Source: Macrostomum lignano
Taxonomy: Eukaryota
NCBI GenBank assembly: GCA_002269645.1
Contig: NIVC01003568.1
Span: 26,839 to 90,838 of the forward strand
DNA: 64,000 bases
Direction: 5' to 3'
The notes under the pieces are model-generated. The model searched no databases. It was not told the DNA's origin and was given only the letters and a program-made list of their open reading frames with translations. Both the position numbers and the translations under genes were made by a program. This document shows positions 14,801-33,998 of the stretch, piece after piece; the first letter of the stretch is position 1, and each line of letters begins with the position of its first letter.

Positions 14801-17120
14801 TATTATAGAGACCGACGAGCAATGGATTTTAGTCGAATCGAGTACTTGACCGAGTTTCAGTGCTTCGAGGGTCGAATTTTTGTTGAGTAGTCGAGTGTTA
14901 ACTAAAAAATTCTAAATTTCAGTTTACAAAAAGGTCTTCACTGCCGCTAATAGTGGCTCCAAGCCACGAATTTTGGGCTGCCAAGTCCGCCACCGCCACA
15001 CCAGCAACCGCCGATTCCAGCACCTCACCTGTTCAGCGTTTTTGGCTGGGTGCCACCGCCTGCTCGCCTGCACACAGGCCAGGCCATGTCTTCACGCAGT
15101 CCTCCGCAACCTCTTTGACGGTCTCCTTGGTAGCCAAACTGGGCCTACGTCTAGGTCGCGAGAGCGGCCCTGGCAACTGACAGCAAATCTGATCTCGCCA
15201 CGCAACAGTGCTTCTGGCGTCGCCGTGTCTTCATCAATACCACGTCTTCGGCGAGCCCACACCCCTGGCCTGGCCGCCTCTGCTTTTGCTGCACCATCGG
15301 CTGAATTCCCGGTCGTGAGATCGATCGACGATGTTGCTCAAAGTGCGCCTGAGTGCACAAAACCTTTAAAAAAAGAAAAGCTAGCTCCTTGGCAAAATGG
15401 TTCGGTTAAATAATTGCCCATGTAAAGTCTAATACATGTACATGTACATGCGCGATACATCGATGTACTTTACAAAGAAATTACACAAACACTGAAAAGT
15501 CTAGACTAGAAGCTTTAATTAATTTTTGTCAGTGACTTATTCCACAAAACCTTTGTGCCACACACCACTTTTTTGAAACTTTCCTACTCCAGTGTCTGTA
15601 GATCGATGTGTGACATAGTCGTTTAAGTCGAGTACTTTTGTACAAGGACCACTAGGAACACAATTCGTTATAGTTTACATGTAGTAGTCCTTGCTTTTGT
15701 TATAGGGCTTATAGATGATGTCTCCAAAGCTCAGAGAATTACTGCATGAACTTTATCAGTTTTTCATTCAACCATAAAGCGCCAATAATACACTCAAGTT
15801 TATTATTGTGGCCTAAAAACCACGCAGCATGCGGCAAAGGACGAAGTCTTGATCTTAAGTCAGTGAAACCTGTATGGCAATTTGTCTACTTAACGTCGCC
15901 TTTAAGGCCTACTTAAGTTGCCTTGGCTGTTGCGCGATCTCTGCAATTAGAAATTTAACTATGACGGTTAAAATCACTTTCAAATACAATATTCAAATGA
16001 CTTGCGAAAGATTTAATTTACTGCTCTAAAGATTCCGTACAATATATTTTCAAAATCTGTTCCGTACTAACAAAATATTTTTTAAATAATAATAAAGCCA
16101 GACAAAGCCTAAAACTAAAAGATAAAATATATTTGTGCTTTAAAGCAGCTAGATCAATTTATTGAATAAAAACAGTAGAACCGCGTCATACTTAATGCCG
16201 TTCCTAGAAAAGGTCGCTTCATTGATGAATTTGAACCGCATACGCAACTACGCCTATTAATTAACTCGTACTTAATTAACTTCGTTTTTTGTCCAGTTAC
16301 AGTTGTATCACGGATTTAAATAGGTTTGTTTAGCATATACAGAAAGCATGATATTTTTAGATTTGCTGAGAAGGATACGAAATTGTTTTATTCCAACTTA
16401 TTCGTTGTTTTCAACTGGTATGGTAGAATGTAATACCAAAATATTTAACATGTACACCAAAAGCCCAAAATCATCAACATGTACGCCAAATTTCTTGAAT
16501 ATACCCCAGAAATTTATGATATGCATGCTTTCTTTCTAACTATGGTTTAAGAATACTTTTTTTCAATGCAAAAAGAGTTATTAACTAATTAAGTTCCTAG
16601 GGTTGGCACTCAAAAATATTTTTGATACTATATTTATATTGTAGTTGGGATGGGGGCTTAAGTTAAAATGAATGAAGCTAGATAGAAACCTACCTAATAT
16701 TAGCTGCATAAAGAAGACTAGATTGCAGACAATTTAGGAGGCTTGTTTTGAAGGAGAAGTGTAAGAGAAAATAGATTAAACAAAAAGGGAAGAGGGGAAT
16801 ATAGAAAGAGAAAAAATAGGCAAAAAGCAGTCAAGTTGATAGACATAAGGTGCCATATACTGATATAGAGGGTAGAAATGTAGGATGAATATATAGAATA
16901 TTCAAAATTGAATTAATTAAACCAAGTATTTGGTTTGAAATAGAACCAGAAAGTTAACAATCAATCCAAATAATGAAATATCCAATAGTCACTTTAATAT
17001 GTGGCAAAGATTTAAAGCAAGTCAGGAGTTAAATATTGGTATTGTATTGTGACTTATAAATGAAGGGAAAGCATTAGGCCTAGGGATAAATAAAAATTAT
17101 AAGACTAAAGACTAAAAAGT

Positions 17121-18069
17121 TTTGGACTTCTTCAAGTTTATGTTGATAAAATAGTTTCAATTTGGATAGGATCATAATTTTGTCTCTATAGGGGTTTTTG
17201 ATGGTGCTGATTTCAAATTTGAGCTCCATTTTTAGGTAGCTTTAACCCAATTATATGTAGCTTAAAACCAACCACCGGGGCATGGGGAATGGGGGGTTTT
17301 AGGGTGGGGAGATTCTTCATGGGGATTGATTTTATCAACATAAACTTGAATAGAGGCATAGAGACCTATTCAAGATTGTGTTGATAAATTCCAATTCTAA
17401 TAGGGGGGGGGGTTGAAACAAGTTGGAATTTATTTGACAATGAATCTCTGTTTAATTATATCAACATAAACTTGAATCAACATAACTTTATCGAAATGAA
17501 TTTGCTTACCGAAATTAAGTGCTGTTACTGCCTTAATACAATTAGAATTAGTAATCTAGCCTTGTACAGTAGTTGGTTTTGAGGTGCGAAATACAAGTGC
17601 GAGTTTTGAACGTTGCTTTGGCTGGGTGCAGTGAAAGTGCAAGTGCAAAGATTGAGCGGATTGTGACGTGGCAGTTTTTAAAAAAAGGCACACAGTGACG
17701 TGGCACTGTCAATGCATTATAACTAAATTGAAAAACTATAATCCGCAAACAAAAAAAACATTTGCATATTAATTTGTAGATATTAATATTCATCTTTAAT
17801 TGGCCTAATGAAGTTCTAGCACATGTGCCATAAAATTAAAAGTCAAGTGGATACACTTTCAAAAATGTATTTGTAGAAACTTTTTTCACCGAACCTCATT
17901 AAGAGAATAGGGAATCAAGTAAATCGTCATTGCATCAACCGTACAGGTAACTTTCTACACTTTTTTTGCATTTTTGTAATTTTGGGTGCCCCATAAGTCT
18001 CCACCGCAAGTTTCAGAAAAATTGAAAAATCGGAAGTATTTTATCAACATAAACTTGAAGAAGTCCAAA
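17121..18069. mobile_element. Probable non-autonomous DNA element or its core, bounded by a perfect 33-bp inverted repeat
   Basis: tttggacttcttcaagtttatgttgataaaata (17121-17153) and its reverse complement (18037-18069), plus extra internal tatcaacataaacttgaa copies. No TSD identified. Confidence 0.5.
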
Positions 18070-18524
18070 GTTTTTTATTTGAAAAGTTAAGAGTTTTAGC
18101 AGTTATAGAATTATGCCTCATAAGTGAGGGAGAGAATTTAGGATGGGATAATATGTGGTACATCTGGAAGAAAGGCAGGGATACTTGAGCAGTTGTAAGC
18201 ATGTTATGCTCAGATTGAATAATGGGGCTTTTGGAGGCTTTGGGACTTTAGGAGCCTTAAATGCTTTTTAAAATAAAGCATATTGAAAATTAAGTATATA
18301 GAACATGGATTCAGGGGCACTAATTCCTACAAACTTGGAAGAGTAAGGTTGGCATATTGGTCTAGGTCCATTCTTTGGATAAGAAGTAAAGATGCAAGCC
18401 TATTGGTGGAAGGTTACTAAAAGGAATAGGGCTAAATATTAAATATAATGTGCTTCTAGCAGCGAGTATAGATAGTTATTTCTATATTGGCAAGGTTTAA
18501 TCATTGCAATTTGTGGCTTCACCA

Positions 18525-18615
18525 AAAGCCTTCATCTGTGTGGCAGTTTTTTGAAAAAACAGCAACAATAAAACAACTTGCAATGAATATAGCAAGGATT
18601 TTGCTCATAGCTGTT
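18525..18615 (+). pseudogene. Decayed BED zinc-finger (hAT transposase-like) remnant
   Basis: SSVWQFFEK, then after a frameshift NSNNKTTCNEYSKDF, resembling the BED motif SxVWxxF...CxxCxK. Confidence 0.35.
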
Positions 18616-19218
18616 TGAAATTTCTATCTTGATGAATATAAATATTTTATTACCTTGTTTCCTTAAATATATTTTATTTATAAATGGAAAAATGAAAGTT
18701 AGTTCCTATTTATAATTGCTTTGATAGCAATTTAAATATAGAGTGAACTAATTTAACTATCAATTATTACTATTGGCAAATGATTGTTAAGTAGTAAGAT
18801 AGGCATCTTATTGATTGAAATATTTGTATCTAGTATTATTCAATATTTAAATCATTTCTATCAGATTTTCAAAATCAATAATTTTACCTTTTCCTATCTC
18901 CAATGCCATTGTAGATACATTCTGCTAAATATTCTGACACATTCTGTGACATTTGTGATATTCTTGCCAAGTATTGCTAATTGGTGGCATTACAACCATA
19001 ATAATAAAGTTATAGGAAGTTATAGAAAGTTTATAACTATGGATACAGATACAATATATAGATAGGCTATAGGAAAAAATTGAGATATGTCTATAGATAT
19101 AGATATGGGAAAAATGTGGTTATGGCAAAACTCTAATCCCTCTAGGCTATAGTGTATAAAATTATATAGGGGCTAATACCAAGGTCTAAGCATATTCTTC
19201 AATTTTAATTTACATGGG

Positions 19219-22200
19219 TGTTGTGTATTGAACGCGTAGGTTTGGTTGCTAGAAAAACTTAGTGAGTCTCGCCGGACCACGGCCTGTATTTATATATTAA
19301 CATGCACGCTGTGAGAAAAATTGGATGTTAGATTATTGCGTAACGCGTTTCGCAAATCAACATGCCCGACGGGCCGCAAACTGAACACAGAGTTAAGTAC
19401 GTATGGTCGCGCACCCACAACATCCTCCCCACATGAGATTCCCCTAAGTAATCGCATGTCAGTTCAGTGCATCATACACGGTTCAGTTCGGGTAGCGCAT
19501 TGGCGGGCGACGCTCGCGCTCTGACCTTCTCAGCACCGGCAGGGGTGCCGGCGGTTCCCCAGCGAGATCATCAGGCGGTCCTGGCGGATCCACCTCCGGG
19601 CCGCCGCCACCTTCGTCGAGCTGCGCGTCGCCGTCGTCGTCGCTGCCTTTGCCCGGTCCGGCCGGCACGCAGCGCCGCAGGTGCCACCGCTTGCCGTTTT
19701 CGAGCAGCACAGTTGTCTTGAATCGCTTGCGAACCCGGAACGGCCCGGCGAGCTTCGGCTCCAGCTTGCCAGGTGCCACCGGCTTGGAGATGTGCACCCA
19801 GGAGCCGTCTTGGATGACCGCGGTCCGCGTCGCCGATGCATGCCGCCGACGGTCGGTGTCGCTCTTTGCTCGCTGCTTTGCCGTGGCGACCCGGTCATGA
19901 GCCGACGTCGGCCGCTTGGCTTCCGAGTCCGGTTGGAGTGCGAGCAGCGGGGTGCGCATTGGTCGGCCAGTCATGAGCTCGTGTGGACTCGAACCCGTGA
20001 CGTGCGTTGGGGTCGCCCTATAGGCCGCGACGACAGCTCGGACGGCCTTGCAGAAGCTCCACCCGGCGACCAAGTGCGCTGTCACGCCCTCGCCGAGAGT
20101 GCGGTTGAATCGCTCGACGTTGCCGTTTTGTTCTGGACAGTACACTGCCGTTCGCTTGTGTTCGATCGCCAGGCTCGCCAGGTACTCGTCGAACTCGCGG
20201 CCGAACTGGGGTCCATTGTCGGTTGTGATGCTTTTCGGGATGCCCCACCTCGACCAGATGACCTCGAGGAAGTCGACGACTACCTTGGTTGTGACCGATT
20301 CTACGAGCGCGACTTCTGGCCATCGGCTAAACTGATCGATGAGCACGATCGCGAATCGCTGGTGACGCGGCGCCGCTCTGAACTCTCCGCAGATATCGAG
20401 TTGCAGCTCCTCCCAGGCTCCTGCTGGCGTGCTGGTGATCGTCATGGGCGGAACGCTTGGTCGAGACGCCTTGCCAGCCAGCGCGCAGGCCGTACAGTCC
20501 TTCACCGCCGACTCGATGTCCTTGTCGATACCGGGCCACCAAGCTGCAGATCGGCACCGCTGCTTGGTCCGCACAATTCCGTGGTGGCCTTCGTGCGCCA
20601 TATTGAGAACCCGGTTCTGCAGTGTAGCTGGGATGACGGTAGCCTGGCCACGAGCCACGCAGCCGTCGCCGAACAGGTAGAGTTCGTCCTTTGCGCGGTA
20701 GTAGGCCTGCAGCTCCGGTGCCAGTTGTTTGGACGCCGGCCACCCCTCCTTGATGAAGCGAGAAACCGCTTGCAGGACTTTGTCGCTGGCCGTTTCTTGG
20801 CGCACCTCGTCCAGGTTGACTGCTGGAGCCAGCTGCGCCATCAGGATTCGGCCGATCTCCTGGTCGTCCGTGTTGCTCTGCGGATCCTCCTGGACGTTTG
20901 GTTGTTGCCTAGACAGCAGGTCGGCGATAGTGTTGTCTCGGCCGCGCACGTAGCGAATGGTCACCAGGGGGTATGCCCTAAGACGCTCTGTCCACCGAAG
21001 GATGCGCAGCGGCCGGACTCCTTGACTGCCCGCGGTCAGCAGAGTGCTCAGCGTGCTATGGTCTGTGTAGACGGTCACTGGCCGGCCATAGGTGAACAGG
21101 TGCCACTTCTCGACCGCCCATACGACAGCCAGCGCCTCCTTCTCCCCGACCGAGTAGTTCCGCTCCGGTGAAGTGAGGGACCGCGAGCTGTAGGCAATCG
21201 GGTGCTCCTCGCCGAGCTGTATCTGTGCCAGCACGGCGCCGATGCCGTGGGCACTGGCGTCGCATCGGATGATTGTCTCGGATTTGGGGTCAAATGCCTT
21301 TAGGACTGGCGCCATGGTCAGCTGCCTCTTGATTTTCTGGAAAGCGCCATCTTGCTCTGGACCCCACGACCACGGCTCATCTTTGCGTAGCAGCCGGCGG
21401 ATCGGCTCCGTGGTTTCCGAGTAGGCATGGACGAACCGGCTGTAGAAGTTTGTCGCTCCGAGGAATGCAGCTGCCTCCTTGGTGTTACTCGGCTGAGACG
21501 TCTCCTTGATTGCCTTCACGTACGAGTCGATCGCTTGGATGCCGTTGCCGGAAATGCGGAAACCATGGAAGTCCACTGCCGGTTGGGCGAAGACGCACTT
21601 ATCGTTGAGCACGATGTTGTTCTCTCGAAGACGTTCTAGTGTCCGGCTCAGGTTGTCGTCGTGCTCCTTCTTTGTCTTGCCGTGCACCAGGATGTCATCG
21701 ACTGCGTTGACCGTTCCTGGCAGGCCTTGCAGGATGCGAGCCATGGCCTTCTGGAAGAACCCTGCCGCGCTGCTGAGGCCGAACGGGACGCGGCAGAACT
21801 GGTACAGGCCTTCGTCCGTGATAAAAGCTGTTAGGTATCGACTGTCGTGGTGAAGTTCGAACTGGAGGTACCCTGTCTTCATGTCCAGCTTCGAGAAGAC
21901 TTGTGATCCACGGAACTCGGCCGCCAACTCATCGATAGTCGGTGTCGGGTAGGCGTCCGCGACGATCGCCTTGTTGACGTCTCGTAGGTCGATGCAGAGT
22001 CGGATTCTACCGTCGCTCTTGGGGGCGATGACCATGTTGCTCACCCAGGCACTGGCGCTGATCTTCTCGATGATTTTCTCCGCCTCCATTCGGTCAAGTT
22101 CCGCTTTTACCGCCTCCTTCATGGCGAGAGGGATCTTGCGGCGAGCCTGGATCACCGGGTGGGCATCCAGTTTCAACTTCGGTCGGTGCACGATGCCCTT

Positions 22201-23589
22201 GGCTCGCCTGATTGGCCCGAAGAGGTCCTTGAAGCTGTCCTGGGGTTTTGAGCCCTCGTCACCGAGATGGTTGATTTGAAGCGACACGCCAAACTTCGGG
22301 AAGTCGGAGCGCCCAAGAAGGCTTGAACTGCCCTCTGCGACTTGAAAACAGACTGAGGCCGTCTTGTCCTTGAACGTGATCGGGAGCGTCGCTGTCCCGT
22401 AGGTCCTGATGTGCGAGCCGCCGTAGGCCACGAGCCGTGCTGGAGTTCCGCTTCCCTTGGTTGCGTGTCGTCGAACTCTCTGGAAGTCGGACATGCTGAT
22501 CACCGACACGGAGGCACCGCTGTCCAGCGTCAGCGTCAGCAGCTCGTCGCGGACCGCGCATTCGATGTTGTGGACGGCAGTCGGATCCTGGTTCGCGACT
22601 TGCAGGATGGTGCTCACCTCCTCGCCGACTGTTGCCACCGTCTTGCTTCGGCATACAGCGGCAAAGTGGTTCGGCTTATTACAGTTGTTGCACTTTTTTC
22701 CCATTGCTGGGCACTTGTGCTCCTTGCTGTAGTCGCCGCCGCATCGCCTGCACTTCTCGCTGTCCTTGCGCGTTTTGGGCTTGGCTCTGACTTTCTGCTT
22801 TGAGACGGCGTGCACAGTCTTTTGAGACGCCCCTGATGTGCCGTTGAGGACCTTGGCTTCGTTGATGGCTGTCTCGATTTGGTTGGCAAGCTGCAGGGAC
22901 TTCTCCAGTGTCAGGTCGTCTGGTTCCATCAGCAGTCTCTCACGGATACGTGGCATGCACGTTTTCTCGATAAGCTGATCGCGGACCATCTCCTTCGTCA
23001 GGTCCTTGAACGCGCAATCGGCCGCGAGCTGCTGCAGATCTCTGACGAACTGCTGCACCGGCTCCCCTGGTCGCTGCTCCCTGCACCGAAACCTGTAGCG
23101 AGCTCCGATGACGCTCTTGTTCGGCACGAAAATTTTGTCCAGTTCTTCGAGCAGCTTCTTCATGTCGTTCGCCTCCACGCTTTCCGCCTGCCGTTGGCCT
23201 TCCGGCCCGAGGCAGTGTCGAAGGACGGCCATTTGTCTCGCCTCCGACGTTTTGTCCAGTTCCGTTGCTGTTGAATAGATCGCGAACTGACTTTTCCACC
23301 TTGGCCACGGGCAGCTTGGCTCGCCCGGGCTAGCCAGGTACGGCGTTGGTGGGTTGAGACTGAGGTCTGCCATCTTCGTCGCCAATGTTGTGTATTGAAC
23401 GCGTAGGTTTGGTTGCTAGAAAAACTTAGTGAGTTTCGCCGGACCACGGCCTGTATTTATATATTAACATGCACGCTGTGAGAAAAATTGGATGTTAGAT
23501 TATTGCGTAACGCGTTTCGCAAATCAACGTGCCCGACGGGCCGCAAACTGAACACAGAGTTAAGTACGTATGGTCGCGCACCCACAACA
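19219..23589 (-). mobile_element. Intact Ty3/gypsy (Mag-like) LTR retrotransposon, 4371 bp
   Basis: 204-bp LTRs (19219-19422, 23386-23589; TG...CA; 2 mismatches). 5-bp TSD ATGGG (19214-19218, 23590-23594). PBS TGGCGACGAAGATGG matching the tRNA-Ser(GCU) 3' end; PPT gtggggagga. Confidence 0.98.
19483..23373 (-). CDS. Single-ORF Gag-Pol polyprotein (Gag zinc knuckles, protease, RT, RNase H, integrase)
   Basis: CRRC..H.C and CNNCNKPNHFAAVC knuckles; LDSGAS protease; RT NAVDDIL; RNase H CDAS; integrase H-H-CTAC, QLDICG, TDNGPQF, VERFN. The first ATG is at 23373 (the track ORF starts at TTG 23385). Confidence 0.97.
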   Translation of the reverse strand: MADLSLNPPTPYLASPGEPSCPWPRWKSQFAIYSTATELDKTSEARQMAVLRHCLGPEGQRQAESVEANDMKKLLEELDKIFVPNKSVIGARYRFRCREQRPGEPVQQFVRDLQQLAADCAFKDLTKEMVRDQLIEKTCMPRIRERLLMEPDDLTLEKSLQLANQIETAINEAKVLNGTSGASQKTVHAVSKQKVRAKPKTRKDSEKCRRCGGDYSKEHKCPAMGKKCNNCNKPNHFAAVCRSKTVATVGEEVSTILQVANQDPTAVHNIECAVRDELLTLTLDSGASVSVISMSDFQRVRRHATKGSGTPARLVAYGGSHIRTYGTATLPITFKDKTASVCFQVAEGSSSLLGRSDFPKFGVSLQINHLGDEGSKPQDSFKDLFGPIRRAKGIVHRPKLKLDAHPVIQARRKIPLAMKEAVKAELDRMEAEKIIEKISASAWVSNMVIAPKSDGRIRLCIDLRDVNKAIVADAYPTPTIDELAAEFRGSQVFSKLDMKTGYLQFELHHDSRYLTAFITDEGLYQFCRVPFGLSSAAGFFQKAMARILQGLPGTVNAVDDILVHGKTKKEHDDNLSRTLERLRENNIVLNDKCVFAQPAVDFHGFRISGNGIQAIDSYVKAIKETSQPSNTKEAAAFLGATNFYSRFVHAYSETTEPIRRLLRKDEPWSWGPEQDGAFQKIKRQLTMAPVLKAFDPKSETIIRCDASAHGIGAVLAQIQLGEEHPIAYSSRSLTSPERNYSVGEKEALAVVWAVEKWHLFTYGRPVTVYTDHSTLSTLLTAGSQGVRPLRILRWTERLRAYPLVTIRYVRGRDNTIADLLSRQQPNVQEDPQSNTDDQEIGRILMAQLAPAVNLDEVRQETASDKVLQAVSRFIKEGWPASKQLAPELQAYYRAKDELYLFGDGCVARGQATVIPATLQNRVLNMAHEGHHGIVRTKQRCRSAAWWPGIDKDIESAVKDCTACALAGKASRPSVPPMTITSTPAGAWEELQLDICGEFRAAPRHQRFAIVLIDQFSRWPEVALVESVTTKVVVDFLEVIWSRWGIPKSITTDNGPQFGREFDEYLASLAIEHKRTAVYCPEQNGNVERFNRTLGEGVTAHLVAGWSFCKAVRAVVAAYRATPTHVTGSSPHELMTGRPMRTPLLALQPDSEAKRPTSAHDRVATAKQRAKSDTDRRRHASATRTAVIQDGSWVHISKPVAPGKLEPKLAGPFRVRKRFKTTVLLENGKRWHLRRCVPAGPGKGSDDDGDAQLDEGGGGPEVDPPGPPDDLAGEPPAPLPVLRRSERERRPPMRYPN

Positions 23590-23863
23590 ATGGGCATATA
23601 TACAAACCTAGTTGTAAATTCAAATTTATACTAGAAACTTTTTATCAACTAATAATAAAAATCATTACAAAAGATCTATTTTATAAGATTTTAACCCGAT
23701 TTATATTTATTTGTATGTTATTTTAACTATAATAAAATCCTACAAATCATACAATAAGATCCTGCTAGTTTATAGGCTTTGGATATTAACAATTCTTTCT
23801 ATGCATGTCTTTTCATAATAGTTAACTGTATTCTCTTTTTCCAGATTTAAGTGAGTATTAAAA

Positions 23864-30112
<6,249 letters not shown>

Positions 30113-30514
30113 CTTCACACCCAAACTGCTGACTGCCTGTCTGTGATCATTTCATTCACTTCAATTGTTGGCTTTGTCTGTTCATTCTACTGCAAGTAAT
30201 ATAAATGAATTATTTTGCTATTATTGCATCCCGTGTTTAATGTCTCTGCAAGTGCTCTGCTCTACTGTAAACCTAATTTCCGGCTTAAACCCTGTGCTTT
30301 TTATTCCAGATTTTTTCTTTTTTCGCTTTTCATTTTTTCTCGGTTTTTATCTTAATTTGCTAATCGAGTGTCATATTCATCGTCCCAATATTGGCGTGAT
30401 TTCTATCAGTGTTCGATGCTGAGCCAATCTAATTAGGAACGGATCTGAATATTCCTCATTTGCAGTACCGCTTCTGCCATCGGAGCTTTTACCTAATGTA
30501 TTGAACCACTCGTA

Positions 30515-31590
30515 TGTGCACCCTCTGCTCCAGCCCCCAGTGTACATCCTCTGCTCCAGCCCCCAGTGTACATCCTCTGCTCCAGCCCCCAGTGTACATC
30601 CTCTGCTCCAGCCCCCAGTGTACATCCTCTGCTCCAGCCCCCAGTGTACATCCTCTGCTCCAGCCCCCAGTGTACATCCTCTGCTCCAGCCCCAGTGTAC
30701 ATCCTCTGCTCCAGCCCCCAGTGTACATCCTCTACTCCAGCCCCCAGTGTACATCCTCTGCTCCAGCCCCCAGTGTACATCCTCTGCTCCAGACCCCAGT
30801 GTACATCCTCTGCTCCGGCCCCCAGTGTACATCCTCTGCTCCGGCCCCCAGTGTACATCCTCTGCTCCAGCCCCCAGTGTACATCCTCTGCTCCGGCCCC
30901 CAGTGTACATCCTCTGCTCCAGCCCCCAGTGTACATCCTCTGCTCCAGCCCCCAGTGTACATCCTCTGCTCCAGCCCCCAGTGTACATCCTCTGCTCCAG
31001 CCCCCAGTGTACATCCTCTGCTCCAGCCCCCAGTGTACATCCTCTGCTCCAGCCCCCAGTGTACATCCTCTGCTCCAGCCCCCAGTGTACATCCTCTGCT
31101 CCAGCCCCCAGTGTACATCCTCTGCTCCAGCCCCCAGTGTACATCCTCTGCTCCAGCCCCCAGTGTACATCCTCTGCTCCAGCCCCCAGTGTACATCCTC
31201 TGCTCCAGCCCCCAGTGTACATCCTCTGCTCCAGCCCCCAGTGTACATCCTCTGCTCCAGCCCCAGTGTACATCCTCTGCTCCAGCCCCCAGTGTACATC
31301 CTCTGCTCCAGCCCCCAGTGTACATCCTCTGCTCCAGACCCCAGTGTACATCCTCTGCTCCAGACCCCAGTGTACATCCTCTGCTCTAGACCCCAGTGTA
31401 CATCCTGTGCTCCAGGCTCAATGTGCATCCTGTGCTCCAGGCTCAATGTACACCCTCTGCCCCAGTTCTCAATGTACACCCTCTGCCCCAGTTCTCAATG
31501 TACACCCTCTGCCCCAGTTCTCAATGTGCATCCTCTGCTCCAGACCCCAGTGTACACCATCTGCTCCAGCCCCCAGTGTACATCCTCTAC
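30515..31590. repeat. 26-bp minisatellite (cccccagtgtacatcctctgctccag)n
   Basis: About 40 units; divergent variants are clustered at the right end. Confidence 0.97.
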
Positions 31591-32319
31591 TCCAGCCCCA
31601 AACCAAGCACCAGAAACCGAACATTGTAATCCTAGTGCAACTTCAATTTACATCTGATCGAATTCCAAATGTACGACTTATGAATAAACTTTGTACACAA
31701 CCAACTGCAGATAGGCCCGGAATGTACTGTAATACCGAATGGCCAGTGCCCCTTGTTTTTGCAGCCCACCTAAATAAATGCAAACAATAATATATAATGT
31801 CTATTGTAAATTGCTTACTACAATATACGCTTGGCATGATTTATTCATAGTATTATAACTGCTTGCTTCCATACAGTTTTAACTGCAAAACTTTAACTAT
31901 CCATTTTCCAACCAGTTTTTGAAAGTCGTTTCTGAAATATTACAAGTGTACGTTTATTAAATATTTTAATATATAGATTATTACTATGGCCTCATTTAAT
32001 TTAATGCCTATAAAGCATCTCTTATAATTGGCGCTTTTCGCTTTCCTGTAAAATATTTTTGCTAAAAATTATAATTAGCTGCTAGTCGAAATTATATAGA
32101 CACTAAAATGATTAATTACCTGTGCTTTTTCTACTCAATACAAATTTATCAGTGAATTGGTGACTCTCAGCTGTTTTCTCATGTCCTAATTTTATATTAC
32201 TTTAAGTAGAACTTTAATGTATAAGTATTTAATTTTTTGTTTATATGAAATTCTTTTAACGCAATATAATAACCTGAAAACACACCGAAAAAACACAACT
32301 TTTTATTTTAAATTCAGGA

Positions 32320-32555
32320 ATAGAATCTAATGGATTGCTAATCTAGCCAACATGAATTAGTGAAAGGATTGCTAATCCAGCCAACATGGATTATTAAAAT
32401 GGATTGCTAATCTAGCCAACTAGGAATTTATGGCTAGAATGGATTGCTAATCTAACCAGCATAAATTATTAAAATGGATTGCTAATCTAGCCAACATGGA
32501 TTATTAAAATGGATTGCTAATCTAGCCAATTTGGAGGACTAAAATGGATCTCTGA
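32320..32555. repeat. Degenerate tandem repeat (aatggattgctaatctagccaac...)
   Basis: About 6 copies of ggattgctaatc(t/c)a with short AT-rich linkers. Confidence 0.75.
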
Positions 32556-32969
32556 AAGCTGTATATGATCTCCCTATTTTGCTTCGACTAAAACTAGTGG
32601 TTAATTTGCTTAATAATTATAAAATTTTGACGACTGCGCTGATCAGGTCATGTTACAGATTCGCTTTAAAGGTTGTTTTAAATGATTGCGTGCTGTGGTT
32701 TTCCCATTTCATGTTGCGCTTTTTTATAAACTGACTCTTTAACTGCCAAATAGCAAACCATTGGCCTGTATTGTTAATTATATTTTATTTTGCTGTATAT
32801 TACATATCCAGCTGTATATCAAATTTGTGTAATTCAAAATAAATTTGTACTCCAGTTTGTGCGTTGTTGTCTCAAATCAGGGGCTTGCTAATCCTTAACG
32901 CACTCTGTTCAACAGTTTGAAGTAAAAACTATGATTTGCCTGTTTTTAGATGCTCATTGGTGATGGTAT

Positions 32970-33690
32970 GGACTCATTAGTGATCGGGTGGACTCATTAG
33001 TGATCGGGTGGACTCATTAGTGATCGGATGGACTCATTAGTGATCGGATGGACTCATTAGTGATCGGATGGACTCATTAGTGATCGGGTGGACTCATTAG
33101 TGATCGGATGGACTCATTAGTGATCGGATGGACTCATTAGTGATCGGGTGGACTCATTAGTGATCGGGAGGACTCATTAGTGATCGGGTGGACTCATTAG
33201 TGATCGGGAGGACTCATTAGTGATCGGGTGGACTCATTAGTGATCGGGTGGACTCATTAGTGGTGGGGTGGACTCATTAGTGGTGGGGTGGACTCATTAG
33301 TGGTGGAGTGGACTCATTAGTGATCGGGTGGACTCATTAGTGATCGGGTGGACTCATTAGTGGTGGGGTGGACTCATTAGTGATCGGGTGGACTCATTAT
33401 TGGTGAGGTGGACTCATTAGTGGTGGAGTGGACTCATTAGTGATCGGGTGGACTCATTAGTGATTGGGTGGACTCATTATTGGTGGGGTGGACTCATTAG
33501 TGGTCGGGTGGACTCATTAGTGGTGGGGTGGACTCATTAGTGGTGGAGTGGACTCATTAGTGATCGGGTGGACTCATTAGTGGTGGTGTGGACTCATTAG
33601 TGATCGGGTGGACTCATTAGTGGTGGGGTGGACTCATTAGTGATCGGGTGGACTCATTAGTGGTGGGGTGGACTCACTAGTGATCGGGTG
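32970..33690. repeat. 20-bp minisatellite (gtggactcattagtgatcgg)n
   Basis: About 35 units; a tggtgg variant is enriched on the right. Confidence 0.97.
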
Positions 33691-33998
33691 GATAGGAATA
33701 GTAGCGTCGATACTAAGCATTCATCATTGATATTTGCATTTTCCCCAGTTTTGTACTAGCGTACTTGTACGTACTGTAAATGAAGCAAGGCTGGCTTCAT
33801 TTGAGTAGTGGTGAAAGTGAACATCGCAGCTTAAATATTTACTGAGTTACTCAGAAAATTATCAATACGGCCAAGTCTTCCCGATGGATGAAAGACTTAA
33901 ATGTTAGCATGTGTAAAAGTACTCGTACGATTGCAGGATAGACAACGATATAAACCAAATTATTGAATCAATCTATTATTCGTATACCGCAAAGTAAG

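Noticed and set aside
14940-15413. 146-aa ORF / possible exon
   Set aside because: No recognisable domain, start context or partner exons; cannot be supported without RNA data.
19681-21171. 496-aa ORF antisense to the retrotransposon pol
   Set aside because: No recognisable motifs; long antisense frames are expected opposite GC3-rich coding sequence.
30377-31790. Long repetitive ORFs (324-429 aa), likewise at 24405-25561, 42548-43600, 60253-61777 and 62284-62760
   Set aside because: They are open in several frames and on both strands because the repeat unit lacks stops; these are artefacts of tandem repeats.
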